Source: an uncultured Porphyromonadaceae bacterium
GTDB taxonomy: Bacteria; Bacteroidota; Bacteroidia; Bacteroidales; UBA12481
NCBI GenBank assembly: GCA_964444375.1
Contig: CAYUGX010000004.1
Coordinates: forward strand, 1 to 44,363
Length of the DNA: 44,363 nt
Direction: 5' to 3'
The position numbers and the translations under genes are program-made. Shown here in pieces: positions 19,634 through 32,116 of this stretch. How positions within the stretch are numbered: position 1 is the stretch's first letter; each line of letters opens with the position of its first letter. The notes under the pieces are model-generated. The model worked only from the letters and a program-made list of their open reading frames with translations, searched no databases and was not told where the DNA came from.

Positions 19634-20288
19634 TTTTTCTTTTGATGCGGCAATTAAATCCGTCTTTCCTGACATCCATGTCGGCTTGTTCTCTGGACAA
19701 GTAAGCAATACGGCTCACAATGGTGATTTATGGCAAGAAATTGCTCAGCTTTCTAATGAGATTCGGTCTACTCATACACTGGAGTCAATACGACTTATCG
19801 AACCCATCCACGAAGGTAAAAAGGCATACAAAATGCTTGGTAAAGATCCGAATCGGTATCGCATATCAGCTGAAGCACTCATGCGCAGACTCGTGAAAGG
19901 ACAAACCCTATATCAAATCCACACATTAGTGGATTCATTAAATTTCATCTCTTTAAAAACCAGTGTAACGATAGGTGGCTTTGATCTGGAGCAAGTTACA
20001 GGCCCAATCTCACTGGGAGTGGGTCAGGAAAATGAAGAATTTTCTGCCATTGGAAGAGGAGAACTCAACATTTCAAACTTACCGGTTTACCGAGATGCGA
20101 TAGGAGCTATAGGTAGCCCAACCTCTGATTGCATTAGAACCATGATGCAAAAAGAGACGGTGATGTTTCTGATGATCATTACCAGTTTCTTTGGTCCCGG
20201 AATGATTCATTCAACGATTTCTGAACTGAAACAAGTACTGTCATCTTACGCAAGTGGTACTAAATTTGAGGATGTTATTCATTATTGA
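19626..20288 (+). CDS. Stand-alone B3/4 (PheT editing-like) domain protein
   Basis: LGKDPNRYRISAEALMRR, IGGFD, LPVYRD...GSPTSD; ATG overlaps the end of the ABC gene. Confidence 0.85.
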   Translation: MIDFSFDAAIKSVFPDIHVGLFSGQVSNTAHNGDLWQEIAQLSNEIRSTHTLESIRLIEPIHEGKKAYKMLGKDPNRYRISAEALMRRLVKGQTLYQIHTLVDSLNFISLKTSVTIGGFDLEQVTGPISLGVGQENEEFSAIGRGELNISNLPVYRDAIGAIGSPTSDCIRTMMQKETVMFLMIITSFFGPGMIHSTISELKQVLSSYASGTKFEDVIHY

Positions 20289-20297
20289 AATTGAAAA

Positions 20298-21695
20298 ATG
20301 AAGAATACTGTTTTACAATATCTCCTGATCTGCGGCCTTCTATTGACCCTGACAAACACACCTGGATGGTCACAAAAAATGGCCATTGAACCCCTGGAGG
20401 TCCTAAAAAAATGGGATTACTACCATATGACTGATCAGTTGGGTGAGGGAAGTCCAATTATTGATACGATGGCTGGGCAAGCTTATATTGCTGGCATGAC
20501 TTATCACCGAACTTGGTTTGGTCGTCAGGCCCACTTGAGTTTCTATTTTCAGAAAACCGATATTTCTGGATTTAGAGTTCGTTTCTGGTCACCCTATTTG
20601 AGCCAACGCACAAACACCAAGATACCTGAAATTGTTGATAAGGCTACTATAGACTCACTGTTACTCGCCAACAAAACCAGAGATAGTTTGCATCGTGTAT
20701 CCCTGGCCTCTTTCCTTGAAAAAGATCCAGGTCTAATTGATTCACTCAGGGCTGTCGCCTTTGCTGATTCAGTTGAACAAAAGCGATTATATGATCTGGA
20801 TTCTTTGAGATGCGATTCAATTGTTGAAGAAGTCTCAGTCATTATGGGCCAGCCCTTATCCAAGAGTTTAACCCATCATACAGACATGTCTTCAAGGTAT
20901 GCTGCAACATGGATTAATCATGGCTATGCTGTCTCACTTCGAGACAACACCGATTATACAGATGTGGTATTCTCAGTAAGTGAGGTAAGCAAAAGCACTG
21001 CCGTTGCCTATGAATTGCCACGAGACGCGGAAATATTCCAGAAAAAAAAGGAGGTGATAGCCAATGAACATTTGCAATTATCACTTATTGGCACCCCGGT
21101 TGGAAATCAATTGTGGACCTATTCTTCCATTTTTCTGCTGGTTGAGCCAGCTAAGGGTGAAATCTTTATTGAAAGAGTATTTGATAATGGTTTGTACGAT
21201 GCACCAAAAATGGAATTGATTGATTTTGATGGTGATGGTATTCAGGAGGTATGGATTAGTGTTCCTGACAAAGAGAAAGCCATTTGCCAATATGATCAGA
21301 TTTACACATTGGAATTGATAGAACCCATTATTCTTTTTGACTTTTTGGAAGAAACTGTTTACAATATCAGTGGTGGCTTTGTTGCTGGTTTTCAAGCGGA
21401 ACTGGAGCTAATCACCGGACAGAAATGGACCTTCAATCTCCCGACCCGGGATAAACTAACAAATACATATTTTGATCAAACCGGCTCTCTTCTCAAAGAT
21501 GAGCGACTAATTCCAAGCTGCCTTCAAAAACTAGAAATAGTTGAAAACGGAGATAATGGATTTCGGTTAAAAGGTTCCATAGCAATAACAGGTGAGCACT
21601 TCTCTGCCGTGCTTGGTCACCTGAGTATTCTCTGGGAGTTGCAATCTGGCATCTGGGAAGTCATTGAAGCAGAATTCACCTCTTCTTCTCAGTAG
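20298..21695 (+). CDS. Hypothetical exported protein
   Basis: 465-aa ORF with a signal peptide; one DFDGDGIQE Ca-binding-like loop; family not recognised. Confidence 0.75.
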   Translation: MKNTVLQYLLICGLLLTLTNTPGWSQKMAIEPLEVLKKWDYYHMTDQLGEGSPIIDTMAGQAYIAGMTYHRTWFGRQAHLSFYFQKTDISGFRVRFWSPYLSQRTNTKIPEIVDKATIDSLLLANKTRDSLHRVSLASFLEKDPGLIDSLRAVAFADSVEQKRLYDLDSLRCDSIVEEVSVIMGQPLSKSLTHHTDMSSRYAATWINHGYAVSLRDNTDYTDVVFSVSEVSKSTAVAYELPRDAEIFQKKKEVIANEHLQLSLIGTPVGNQLWTYSSIFLLVEPAKGEIFIERVFDNGLYDAPKMELIDFDGDGIQEVWISVPDKEKAICQYDQIYTLELIEPIILFDFLEETVYNISGGFVAGFQAELELITGQKWTFNLPTRDKLTNTYFDQTGSLLKDERLIPSCLQKLEIVENGDNGFRLKGSIAITGEHFSAVLGHLSILWELQSGIWEVIEAEFTSSSQ

Positions 21696-22185
21696 ACGCC
21701 AATAGTGTTTTCAGCATGATTCGAGCTGCTTTGATTTCGCTGACCATTGAAATACTAGACAAGGTTGCTCCGGTCATACTGTCAACCTGCTTTCCTAGTT
21801 CAAGCTGGTCGCCTTGAAATCCTTCAAACTGTTTCAACCACGACTTTGAACTAATTTCCGCACCCTTGATGGTGTTCATTTCCAGTATTCCAGCTTTCTG
21901 AGCAACGAGACTGGAATCGAATAAGAAGACAGGGAAATAATTAAGATATGCGTCTACAATCTTCCGGCCAACGATGTAGCCCTTGATTTGTTCTTCGACT
22001 ACAATGGAACAAGCAAGTTCATACCGATCAAAAGTCTCAAGCTGAGTGAGGTTGTGCAATTCAAACTGCTCAACTTTCCATACTTTTTTAACGAGCTTGG
22101 ATAACTTTTTATGATGACGATCAGATAAATCGAATCCGCCCAAGAATTCAAAGACCACCAATGTTAGAAATACTCCAATTTTCAT
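21676..22185 (-). CDS. Small FMN-binding domain protein
   Basis: Hydrophobic N-terminus, GAEI...WLKQFEG, VDSMTGATLS flavinylation motif. Confidence 0.8.
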   Translation of the reverse strand: MKIGVFLTLVVFEFLGGFDLSDRHHKKLSKLVKKVWKVEQFELHNLTQLETFDRYELACSIVVEEQIKGYIVGRKIVDAYLNYFPVFLFDSSLVAQKAGILEMNTIKGAEISSKSWLKQFEGFQGDQLELGKQVDSMTGATLSSISMVSEIKAARIMLKTLLASTEKKR

Positions 22186-22197
22186 TGTACAAACCTA

Positions 22198-23361
22198 TTA
22201 GAACCAAACTCCAACTCCCAGGTTGAGTTGATAGGCAGATTTAGCTGCTGATTCATTTGACAGTACTTGAAAATCAGCTTTAAAGACAGTGCCTTTAGCG
22301 GGATACCAAGCCAATCCCGATGTAAGTTCCATGCGATTGAAAACCGGATTCGCCGCCATCCCTTCTGCCATTTTAGCTTGGGTGTTATATTGCTCATATC
22401 GGCTGAAAAGCATGAGGCGGTGATCCGTTTTCGCCTTTTGGAAAAGATTATAGGCCAGCTCAACATACCAGCCTTGCATCAGGCTACCCAGATCAGATCC
22501 TGTTAAATGATTGTAAGCGCCTGTATTATCAATCCAAACGGTATAAAATTGTGCTCTGGCATAGAGTGCTTTACGATTATACCTACCATCCATCCCTAAC
22601 ATAGTAACATGAACAAGCGATGAATCTGCCAGAGATAAGCCAATTTGATCATCTCGATCAAGACCATTAAACAATTCAGATTGAGTAGGTCCTACTATGC
22701 CAGAAAGACCGAATTGTAATCCTGGTAATCCATAATAGCTCAATCGACCAGTCAGATTAGGACGAGTAAGCATAGATTCAGCACCCTTTTGCCTGCCCTT
22801 TCTCAAACCATCTTTCCCTCGAAGCAGTCCACGATCAGTATAACTTGCGAAACCATTCATTAAGTACAATTCATATTTTATTGAAGCTTCAGGTATGTTT
22901 CCGGCAAAACCAGCACCAATTTCCCGCCAGGTTGTTGGGGCAATGTATTTATCAACGTTGGGACGCTCGACACTATAAAAAGCAGTAGGTTCATGATACA
23001 GGTTAGTCAAACCAATAGGCACTAGCATTAATCCAGCTCTGAAATTCAACCAGGGCAATAGTTGATGGTTTACAAAGGCTTGCTCAACATACACCTCTTT
23101 TACATGTTCTAATTCAACTTCGGTGATGAACTGCGTTTTATTAGTGAATTTGTATCCAAACAATAAAACCAGGCGATGGACATCCATTTTACCATTACGA
23201 TAAGACACGGGATCGATGATCTGGTTGTAGTCAACCTGTCCGTATCCCCCGATTGTCAATTTCTGATCCGCATTCATCAGCGATGAAGCGGCATTTTGTT
23301 CCTGTGCAGCAGCTAAAAAAGGCAGCAAAACTAATAGGAATATATACACTGTTTTAGTCAT
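22198..23361 (-). CDS. Outer-membrane beta-barrel (porin-like) protein
   Basis: Signal peptide; IGGYGQ, DVHRLVL, EVELEH, VEQAF, HEPT, PTTWRE; amphipathic strands; terminal GVWF. Confidence 0.8.
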   Translation of the reverse strand: MTKTVYIFLLVLLPFLAAAQEQNAASSLMNADQKLTIGGYGQVDYNQIIDPVSYRNGKMDVHRLVLLFGYKFTNKTQFITEVELEHVKEVYVEQAFVNHQLLPWLNFRAGLMLVPIGLTNLYHEPTAFYSVERPNVDKYIAPTTWREIGAGFAGNIPEASIKYELYLMNGFASYTDRGLLRGKDGLRKGRQKGAESMLTRPNLTGRLSYYGLPGLQFGLSGIVGPTQSELFNGLDRDDQIGLSLADSSLVHVTMLGMDGRYNRKALYARAQFYTVWIDNTGAYNHLTGSDLGSLMQGWYVELAYNLFQKAKTDHRLMLFSRYEQYNTQAKMAEGMAANPVFNRMELTSGLAWYPAKGTVFKADFQVLSNESAAKSAYQLNLGVGVWF

Positions 23362-23620
23362 GAGATCTTGTATTAATTTCTGATGCTAAGTAATTTACAT
23401 TCCCCATGCAATACAACTAATGAAGTATCCAAATTGCTAAACAACTAGCAAGCTGATAATCTAAGACTTAAGTGCATTCGATATAAAATCTGTCTAAATA
23501 ACCACACAGACCAAAGTGAGTAATATCATGGTTTTCAAGTAAAATCAAGACGGTTTTCAAGGTAAAACGGCACGATAATTGCTTATTATAGTGTTAACAC
23601 GATTCAAACAGCCAAAAGAA

Positions 23621-24352
23621 ATGAAAAAACTAGCTAAAGCGTTGCTTTGGTCTGGTATGTTGGGCATTTTGCTCCTATATACCAGTTGTGAAGATGAATT
23701 CCTACCCGGAATTTCAGGTGAAGGTGCTCCGGTTGAAAGAGAACTCGAATTGCGCTATTTTGAAGGATTTATCAACACCATCAGTGCGAAAATAGAATTG
23801 ACTCAAGGTGATGAGCAGAAGGTGGTCGTAATCGGACAGGAAAACATAATTGATAATATCCGAACAGATGTTTATGGTGAACTCTGGACCATTCGATATG
23901 ACCAATTGGTCAGGCATACCGACGAATTAATTATTAAAATCACTCTTCCATTCATTGATCATATTGGAATTGCCGGAACGGGTAGTGTTGAAAGCACCAA
24001 CTATTTTAACGACCTTACCTCACTTGATTTCATGATCAGCGGAAGTGGAAATATTGATTTTGAAGGTTCATCTGAACAGCTGGGGGTGTTGATCTCAGGA
24101 AGTGGAGATATCAATCTTGTTGGAGAAACGACTAATATGGAAGTTTTTATTTCCGGTTCAGGAATCATGGATTCTTATAATTGCCAAACGCAAGATGCCT
24201 CATTAACCATTACAGGATCCGGTAGCCTATTTCTACTGGTTGACAATTATCTAAAAGTAACAATCTCAGGAAGTGGAGATGTTTACTATAAAGGAGAGCC
24301 TGAGATTGTATCAAAAATCACCGGTACTGGCAGTATCATTAACGATAACTAA
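23621..24352 (+). CDS. DUF2807 (head GIN domain) lipoprotein
   Basis: Lipobox YTSC; repeated I(S/T)GSG beta-helix motifs; C-terminal YYKGEP. Confidence 0.88.
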   Translation: MKKLAKALLWSGMLGILLLYTSCEDEFLPGISGEGAPVERELELRYFEGFINTISAKIELTQGDEQKVVVIGQENIIDNIRTDVYGELWTIRYDQLVRHTDELIIKITLPFIDHIGIAGTGSVESTNYFNDLTSLDFMISGSGNIDFEGSSEQLGVLISGSGDINLVGETTNMEVFISGSGIMDSYNCQTQDASLTITGSGSLFLLVDNYLKVTISGSGDVYYKGEPEIVSKITGTGSIINDN

Positions 24353-24368
24353 TCTAAACCTCCATACT

Positions 24369-25106
24369 ATGAAAGGCGATATGAACAAAAAAGTACGATT
24401 TGGCTTCATTTTAATCCTAGCTCTATTACTTACAAGTTGTTATTATGAAAATTCATCTCGAAGCCGTATTGAAGCTTCTGGTCCTGTTCGAACAGAAACT
24501 CTTGAAATCGATGATTTTGAGGGATTGAATCTAGCGAACTCAGCTGATGTGTTCTTACGACCAGGTACTAAGCAGGAAGTTGTTGTGAGGGGACAGGAAA
24601 ATATAATTAATAACCTATCGACAGAAGTCTCAAGTGGTATATTGAAAATCAGGAATCGCAGACCGGTTTGGCGAAGATATGACCTTGAAATTGAGATTAC
24701 TGTGCCAACCCTACGTCTTATCAAACTTTCAGGCTCAGGTGACATTGTCACCGAACAAGCGTTTGAGGACCTCGATGATCTTGAAGTCATAATCAGTGGA
24801 TCCGGTTCAATAACGGCTAATTGTGAAGCAGAAAACCTTGAATCTGTCATCTCCGGATCTGGGCGAATCGATCTGGATGGCAAAGCGAGACAACTCGATT
24901 GCCGGGTGACTGGTTCAGGTAGCATCCATGCATATGATCTAGAAACAAAGTACGCAACAGTGGTCGTTTCGGGATCTGGAAGTGCCAAAATCAACACAAC
25001 CAAAGAGTTGGATGTCAGGATATCAGGTAGCGGTAGTGTCGCCTATAAAGGCAATCCCCGAGTTGACAAGAAAATATCAGGATCAGGTGGTGTTTATAAC
25101 CGATAA
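24369..25106 (+). CDS. DUF2807 (head GIN domain) lipoprotein, tandem paralog
   Basis: Lipobox LTSC; repeated SGSG motifs; YKGNP. Start at 24369 or 24381. Confidence 0.88.
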   Translation: MKGDMNKKVRFGFILILALLLTSCYYENSSRSRIEASGPVRTETLEIDDFEGLNLANSADVFLRPGTKQEVVVRGQENIINNLSTEVSSGILKIRNRRPVWRRYDLEIEITVPTLRLIKLSGSGDIVTEQAFEDLDDLEVIISGSGSITANCEAENLESVISGSGRIDLDGKARQLDCRVTGSGSIHAYDLETKYATVVVSGSGSAKINTTKELDVRISGSGSVAYKGNPRVDKKISGSGGVYNR

Positions 25107-25143
25107 TTAACATTGCCTTGTCTGATACCTGATGTAATTTCTG

Positions 25144-25151
25144 TAATTTTG
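25144..25151 (+). promoter_or_regulatory. -7 promoter box for the HD-Nudix pair
   Basis: TAATTTTG 10 nt before ATG 25162. Confidence 0.6.
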
Positions 25152-25161
25152 CGTCCGGCAT

Positions 25162-25700
25162 ATGGATCCGCAAAAGCTCATTAACAAGTATTACAAACAA
25201 CACCCTGAGGCCAAACAAATTCTATTGACTCACAGTGAGGCTGTCGCTGACAGGGCCGTACAGATTGCCAAAAACCTTAAGCTCAAGAAGAAGCGAATTC
25301 GTTTTATCTATGAGGCTGCTATGCTTCATGACATAGGAATCTTCATGACCCAAGCCCCTGAAATTAAATGCACTGGCAGCTATCCGTATATTTGTCATGG
25401 GTACCTGGGGCATGACATTCTGGTTCGAGAAGGTTACCCGAAACACGCCAGAATCTGCGAAAGACATACCGGAACCGGCATTGCTAAAAAGGAGATAGTC
25501 AGACGAGACTTACCTATCCCCAATAGATCTATGTTACCCAAAACTCTTGAGGAAAAGATAATCACCTATGCCGATAAGTTTTATTCCAAAGATCCTGATA
25601 AGATAGGTTCAATTAAAACTGTTGAAAAAATCAGGCAAAAGCTATCAAAACATGGTGACCAGAAAGTGAAGACTTTTGACAAGTGGCATAAGAAATTTTC

Positions 25701-25704
<4 letters not shown>
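25162..25704 (+). CDS. HD-domain (HDIG) phosphohydrolase
   Basis: HS...LHDIG...HG...ERHTG...YADKF. Confidence 0.9.
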
Positions 25705-29356
<3,652 letters not shown>

Positions 29357-30358
29357 TTAGTTTCCTAACCTTAATATTTCATCACCAAATTTGATCGATT
29401 CAGCTAAAACATCCTGCCATTGGCCGGACGTTAAATCACAGGCTATGACGTGTGCCCCGGCTTCGGGGAAGGCCATTTCGACTTTCTGATTGGTTGGTGT
29501 AGCCAGTTGATCAAACATCCAATTTATTGCACTCACCGATACCGTATTGTCCTGATTATCTTCATCCTTAAAATAGTAGCCAGTAAAAACAGGGCAGGAT
29601 ACCTGACTGAATACGGATGCTTTCATGCTATGTCTAATCAACTGTTGTAAATAAATCAATGATTCAACCCGATAGGTATTGTACCAATACGGATCAGTTT
29701 CAGGGTCTTCTTCCAATACCCTATAATCCCCACCCATAACGAGTCTGACTATTTGCAAACCCCATGGTCGATCAAGCAAACCAGCAGTTTTATCATAAAT
29801 CCTGACATTTGGTGAATAGAGTAATAACCCAGCCACATCTTCTTTATAATGAGCCGCTAACATCAGGCCTAATGTACCTCCGGTAGAAGTTCCCATTATA
29901 ATCACTTCATTGCCCAGGGCTTTTGCCTGTACAAAAGCCAGTTTTGCTGACTCCCACAGCGCATCTGGCGTCATATTAAGCAATGCGTTTTCAGTTACAA
30001 GGCCGTGCTCTGCTAATCGCGGAATGTAGGCATTCATACCGAACTCATTTGCAAAGGATCGATGAATTGGATTACCTTCCATGGGTGACGCAGAAAAACC
30101 ATGGAGGTATAGCAAACAATAGTTTGTTTTGTTTTTGAGGCTATCACTGGCCCATACAATCTCTGACGCATTACCAGGTTTGATATTCGTAAAGCTACTT
30201 TCAGAAGCTTCAACCATTGCTGCAACCTGTTCAGGAGATTGGATAGCAGGTGGCAAATCTACCTTTAACTCTGGTCTGGGCGCTTTGGGTCCGAGTAGGT
30301 ATACCGCAACAATCAGTGCAATTACACCGATAAGAATAAGAAGACCTTTGCGTTTCAT
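29357..30358 (-). CDS. Membrane-anchored alpha/beta hydrolase (esterase/lipase-like)
   Basis: N-terminal TM helix, LHGFSAS, GTSTGG nucleophile elbow, late D and H candidates. Confidence 0.85.
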   Translation of the reverse strand: MKRKGLLILIGVIALIVAVYLLGPKAPRPELKVDLPPAIQSPEQVAAMVEASESSFTNIKPGNASEIVWASDSLKNKTNYCLLYLHGFSASPMEGNPIHRSFANEFGMNAYIPRLAEHGLVTENALLNMTPDALWESAKLAFVQAKALGNEVIIMGTSTGGTLGLMLAAHYKEDVAGLLLYSPNVRIYDKTAGLLDRPWGLQIVRLVMGGDYRVLEEDPETDPYWYNTYRVESLIYLQQLIRHSMKASVFSQVSCPVFTGYYFKDEDNQDNTVSVSAINWMFDQLATPTNQKVEMAFPEAGAHVIACDLTSGQWQDVLAESIKFGDEILRLGN

Positions 30359-30360
30359 AA

Positions 30361-31107
30361 TTAGAAGATTAGTTTTCCTTGATCAAAATTTACCAGTATA
30401 TCAATCAGATGCACACAATTCAACTGAATATCATGTTGCCTGATGTAGGCATCCAGGTGCATCAAACACGATGCTTCAGTACTGACCATATGCGTAGCAC
30501 CTGTAGCCAGGGCGTACTCAACTTTTTGTTGCGCCATGGCTGTGCTGATGGGTTCATGTTTAACAGAGAAAGAACCACCAAAGCCACAACAAACGTCATG
30601 GTTCTCCATTTCAATTAATTCAAGACCCTGAACATTTGACAGTAACTTTCTTGGCTCTTCAAATAAGCCATATTCTCTGAGAGCAGAGCAGGCATCATGG
30701 TAGGTTATCTTGGCATCAAACCGGGCTCCGAGGTCAACAATACCTAGTTGGTTCACCAGAAAATCTGTAAACTCGAAAAGCTGGGGTTTCAGCTTTCGGT
30801 AGTTATTCATATAGATGGTATTTTCCAGCAAATCGGGAAAATAGTTTTTAACATAGGCGGTGCATGAGGCCGAAGGGCTCACAACAGGTCTGGCACCCTG
30901 AAAATCGTCCAGAAATTTTACCGCTAGCTCTCGAGCAGGATCCCAGTAACCAGAATTGAAAGCAGCCTGACCACAACAAGTCTGGTCAGGGTTGTAGTGA
31001 ACCACCAATCCAATTTTCTCAAGAATGCGCACCATATTGAGACCAGTATCCGGAAATAACTGATCCACAAAACACGGGATAAAAAGATCTACTTCAGTAT
31101 GCTTCAT
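30361..31107 (-). CDS. CCG-domain Fe-S protein, LutA/YkgE-like
   Basis: FIPCFVD, QTCCGQ, YHDAC, CCGFGG, SCLMH. Confidence 0.88.
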   Translation of the reverse strand: MKHTEVDLFIPCFVDQLFPDTGLNMVRILEKIGLVVHYNPDQTCCGQAAFNSGYWDPARELAVKFLDDFQGARPVVSPSASCTAYVKNYFPDLLENTIYMNNYRKLKPQLFEFTDFLVNQLGIVDLGARFDAKITYHDACSALREYGLFEEPRKLLSNVQGLELIEMENHDVCCGFGGSFSVKHEPISTAMAQQKVEYALATGATHMVSTEASCLMHLDAYIRQHDIQLNCVHLIDILVNFDQGKLIF

Positions 31108-31162
31108 AGCAGCCTTAAAGGTAATCTATTTACCCCTTTTTCTGAGATGAAAAACTGATTTG

Positions 31163-32116
31163 TTAAAAAACGGCCTGAGCTATCCGATGGATATTATCTG
31201 AGCGCCCCATGGTAAAAAAATGAATCACTGGTATACCCTTCTTGATCAGCTCCTTACTTTGAGCAATAGCCCATTCTACCCCTAATTCTCTGACCATTTT
31301 ATTATCGGTGCATTTATCAACCTCTTTTGCCAATTCGACTGGAATATCAACTTTAAATGTCTGTGGTAAAAGGTTGAGGTGCTTCTTAATCGAAATGGGT
31401 TTCAATCCCGGTATGATCGGCACCGAGATCCCAGCTTTACGACAGGCATCAACAAAATCAAAAAATTTCTTATTGTCGAAAAACATTTGGGTGACTATAT
31501 ATTCAGCACCCGCATCCACTTTTGCCTTGAGGTACTGGAGGTCTGCTTCTAAATTTGGGGCTTCTGCATGCTTTTCAGGATAACCTGCAACGCCCACCGA
31601 AAATGAGGTGGATACCGGGTTAATCAATTCATCATCCAGGTATTTTCCATCATTCAGATCAATCACTTGTTTTAACAGATTCAGTGCGATGGAATGGCCT
31701 TGGTCTTCAGGTGTAAATCTTCCTCTAGCTGCATCCCCATCTCCCCTGACTACCAACACATTGTGAATACCCAGATAGTTTAAATCAATTAAAGCATTCT
31801 CAGTTTCTTCACGGCTAAATCCTCCACAAATTAAATGAGGAACCACATCAACCTGATATTTACTTTGAACAGCTCCGGAGATAGCCACAGTACCAGGCCT
31901 TTTTCTGACAATCCGGGATTCAAGTAATCCATCAGGACGACTCTTGAGAACCATTTCGGGCTGGTGATAGGTGATATTAATATATGGTGGATTAAACTCC
32001 ATCAAGGGATCCAGGGTATTATAGATGGTTTGTATGCTGGATCCTTTTGTTGGTGGTAAGATCTCAAACGAAACCAGTGGCTTATCTGATTGGGCTATAT
32101 GGTCTGTTACTTTCAT
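31163..32116 (-). CDS. metF: 5,10-methylenetetrahydrofolate reductase
   Basis: [35 protein letters not shown]. Confidence 0.95.
   Translation of the reverse strand: MKVTDHIAQSDKPLVSFEILPPTKGSSIQTIYNTLDPLMEFNPPYINITYHQPEMVLKSRPDGLLESRIVRKRPGTVAISGAVQSKYQVDVVPHLICGGFSREETENALIDLNYLGIHNVLVVRGDGDAARGRFTPEDQGHSIALNLLKQVIDLNDGKYLDDELINPVSTSFSVGVAGYPEKHAEAPNLEADLQYLKAKVDAGAEYIVTQMFFDNKKFFDFVDACRKAGISVPIIPGLKPISIKKHLNLLPQTFKVDIPVELAKEVDKCTDNKMVRELGVEWAIAQSKELIKKGIPVIHFFTMGRSDNIHRIAQAVF

Noticed and set aside
24092-24280. Exact 18-nt direct repeat ATCTCAGGAAGTGGAGAT at 24092-24109 and 24263-24280
   Set aside because: Both copies encode ISGSGD turns of the DUF2807 beta-helix; there is no spacer array or reverse transcriptase, so it is not CRISPR or DGR.
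24443-25003. 186-aa antisense ORF, and similar shadow ORFs over rny, GH2, metH and pnt
   Set aside because: They lie opposite well-supported genes and lack motifs; they are explained by codon bias.
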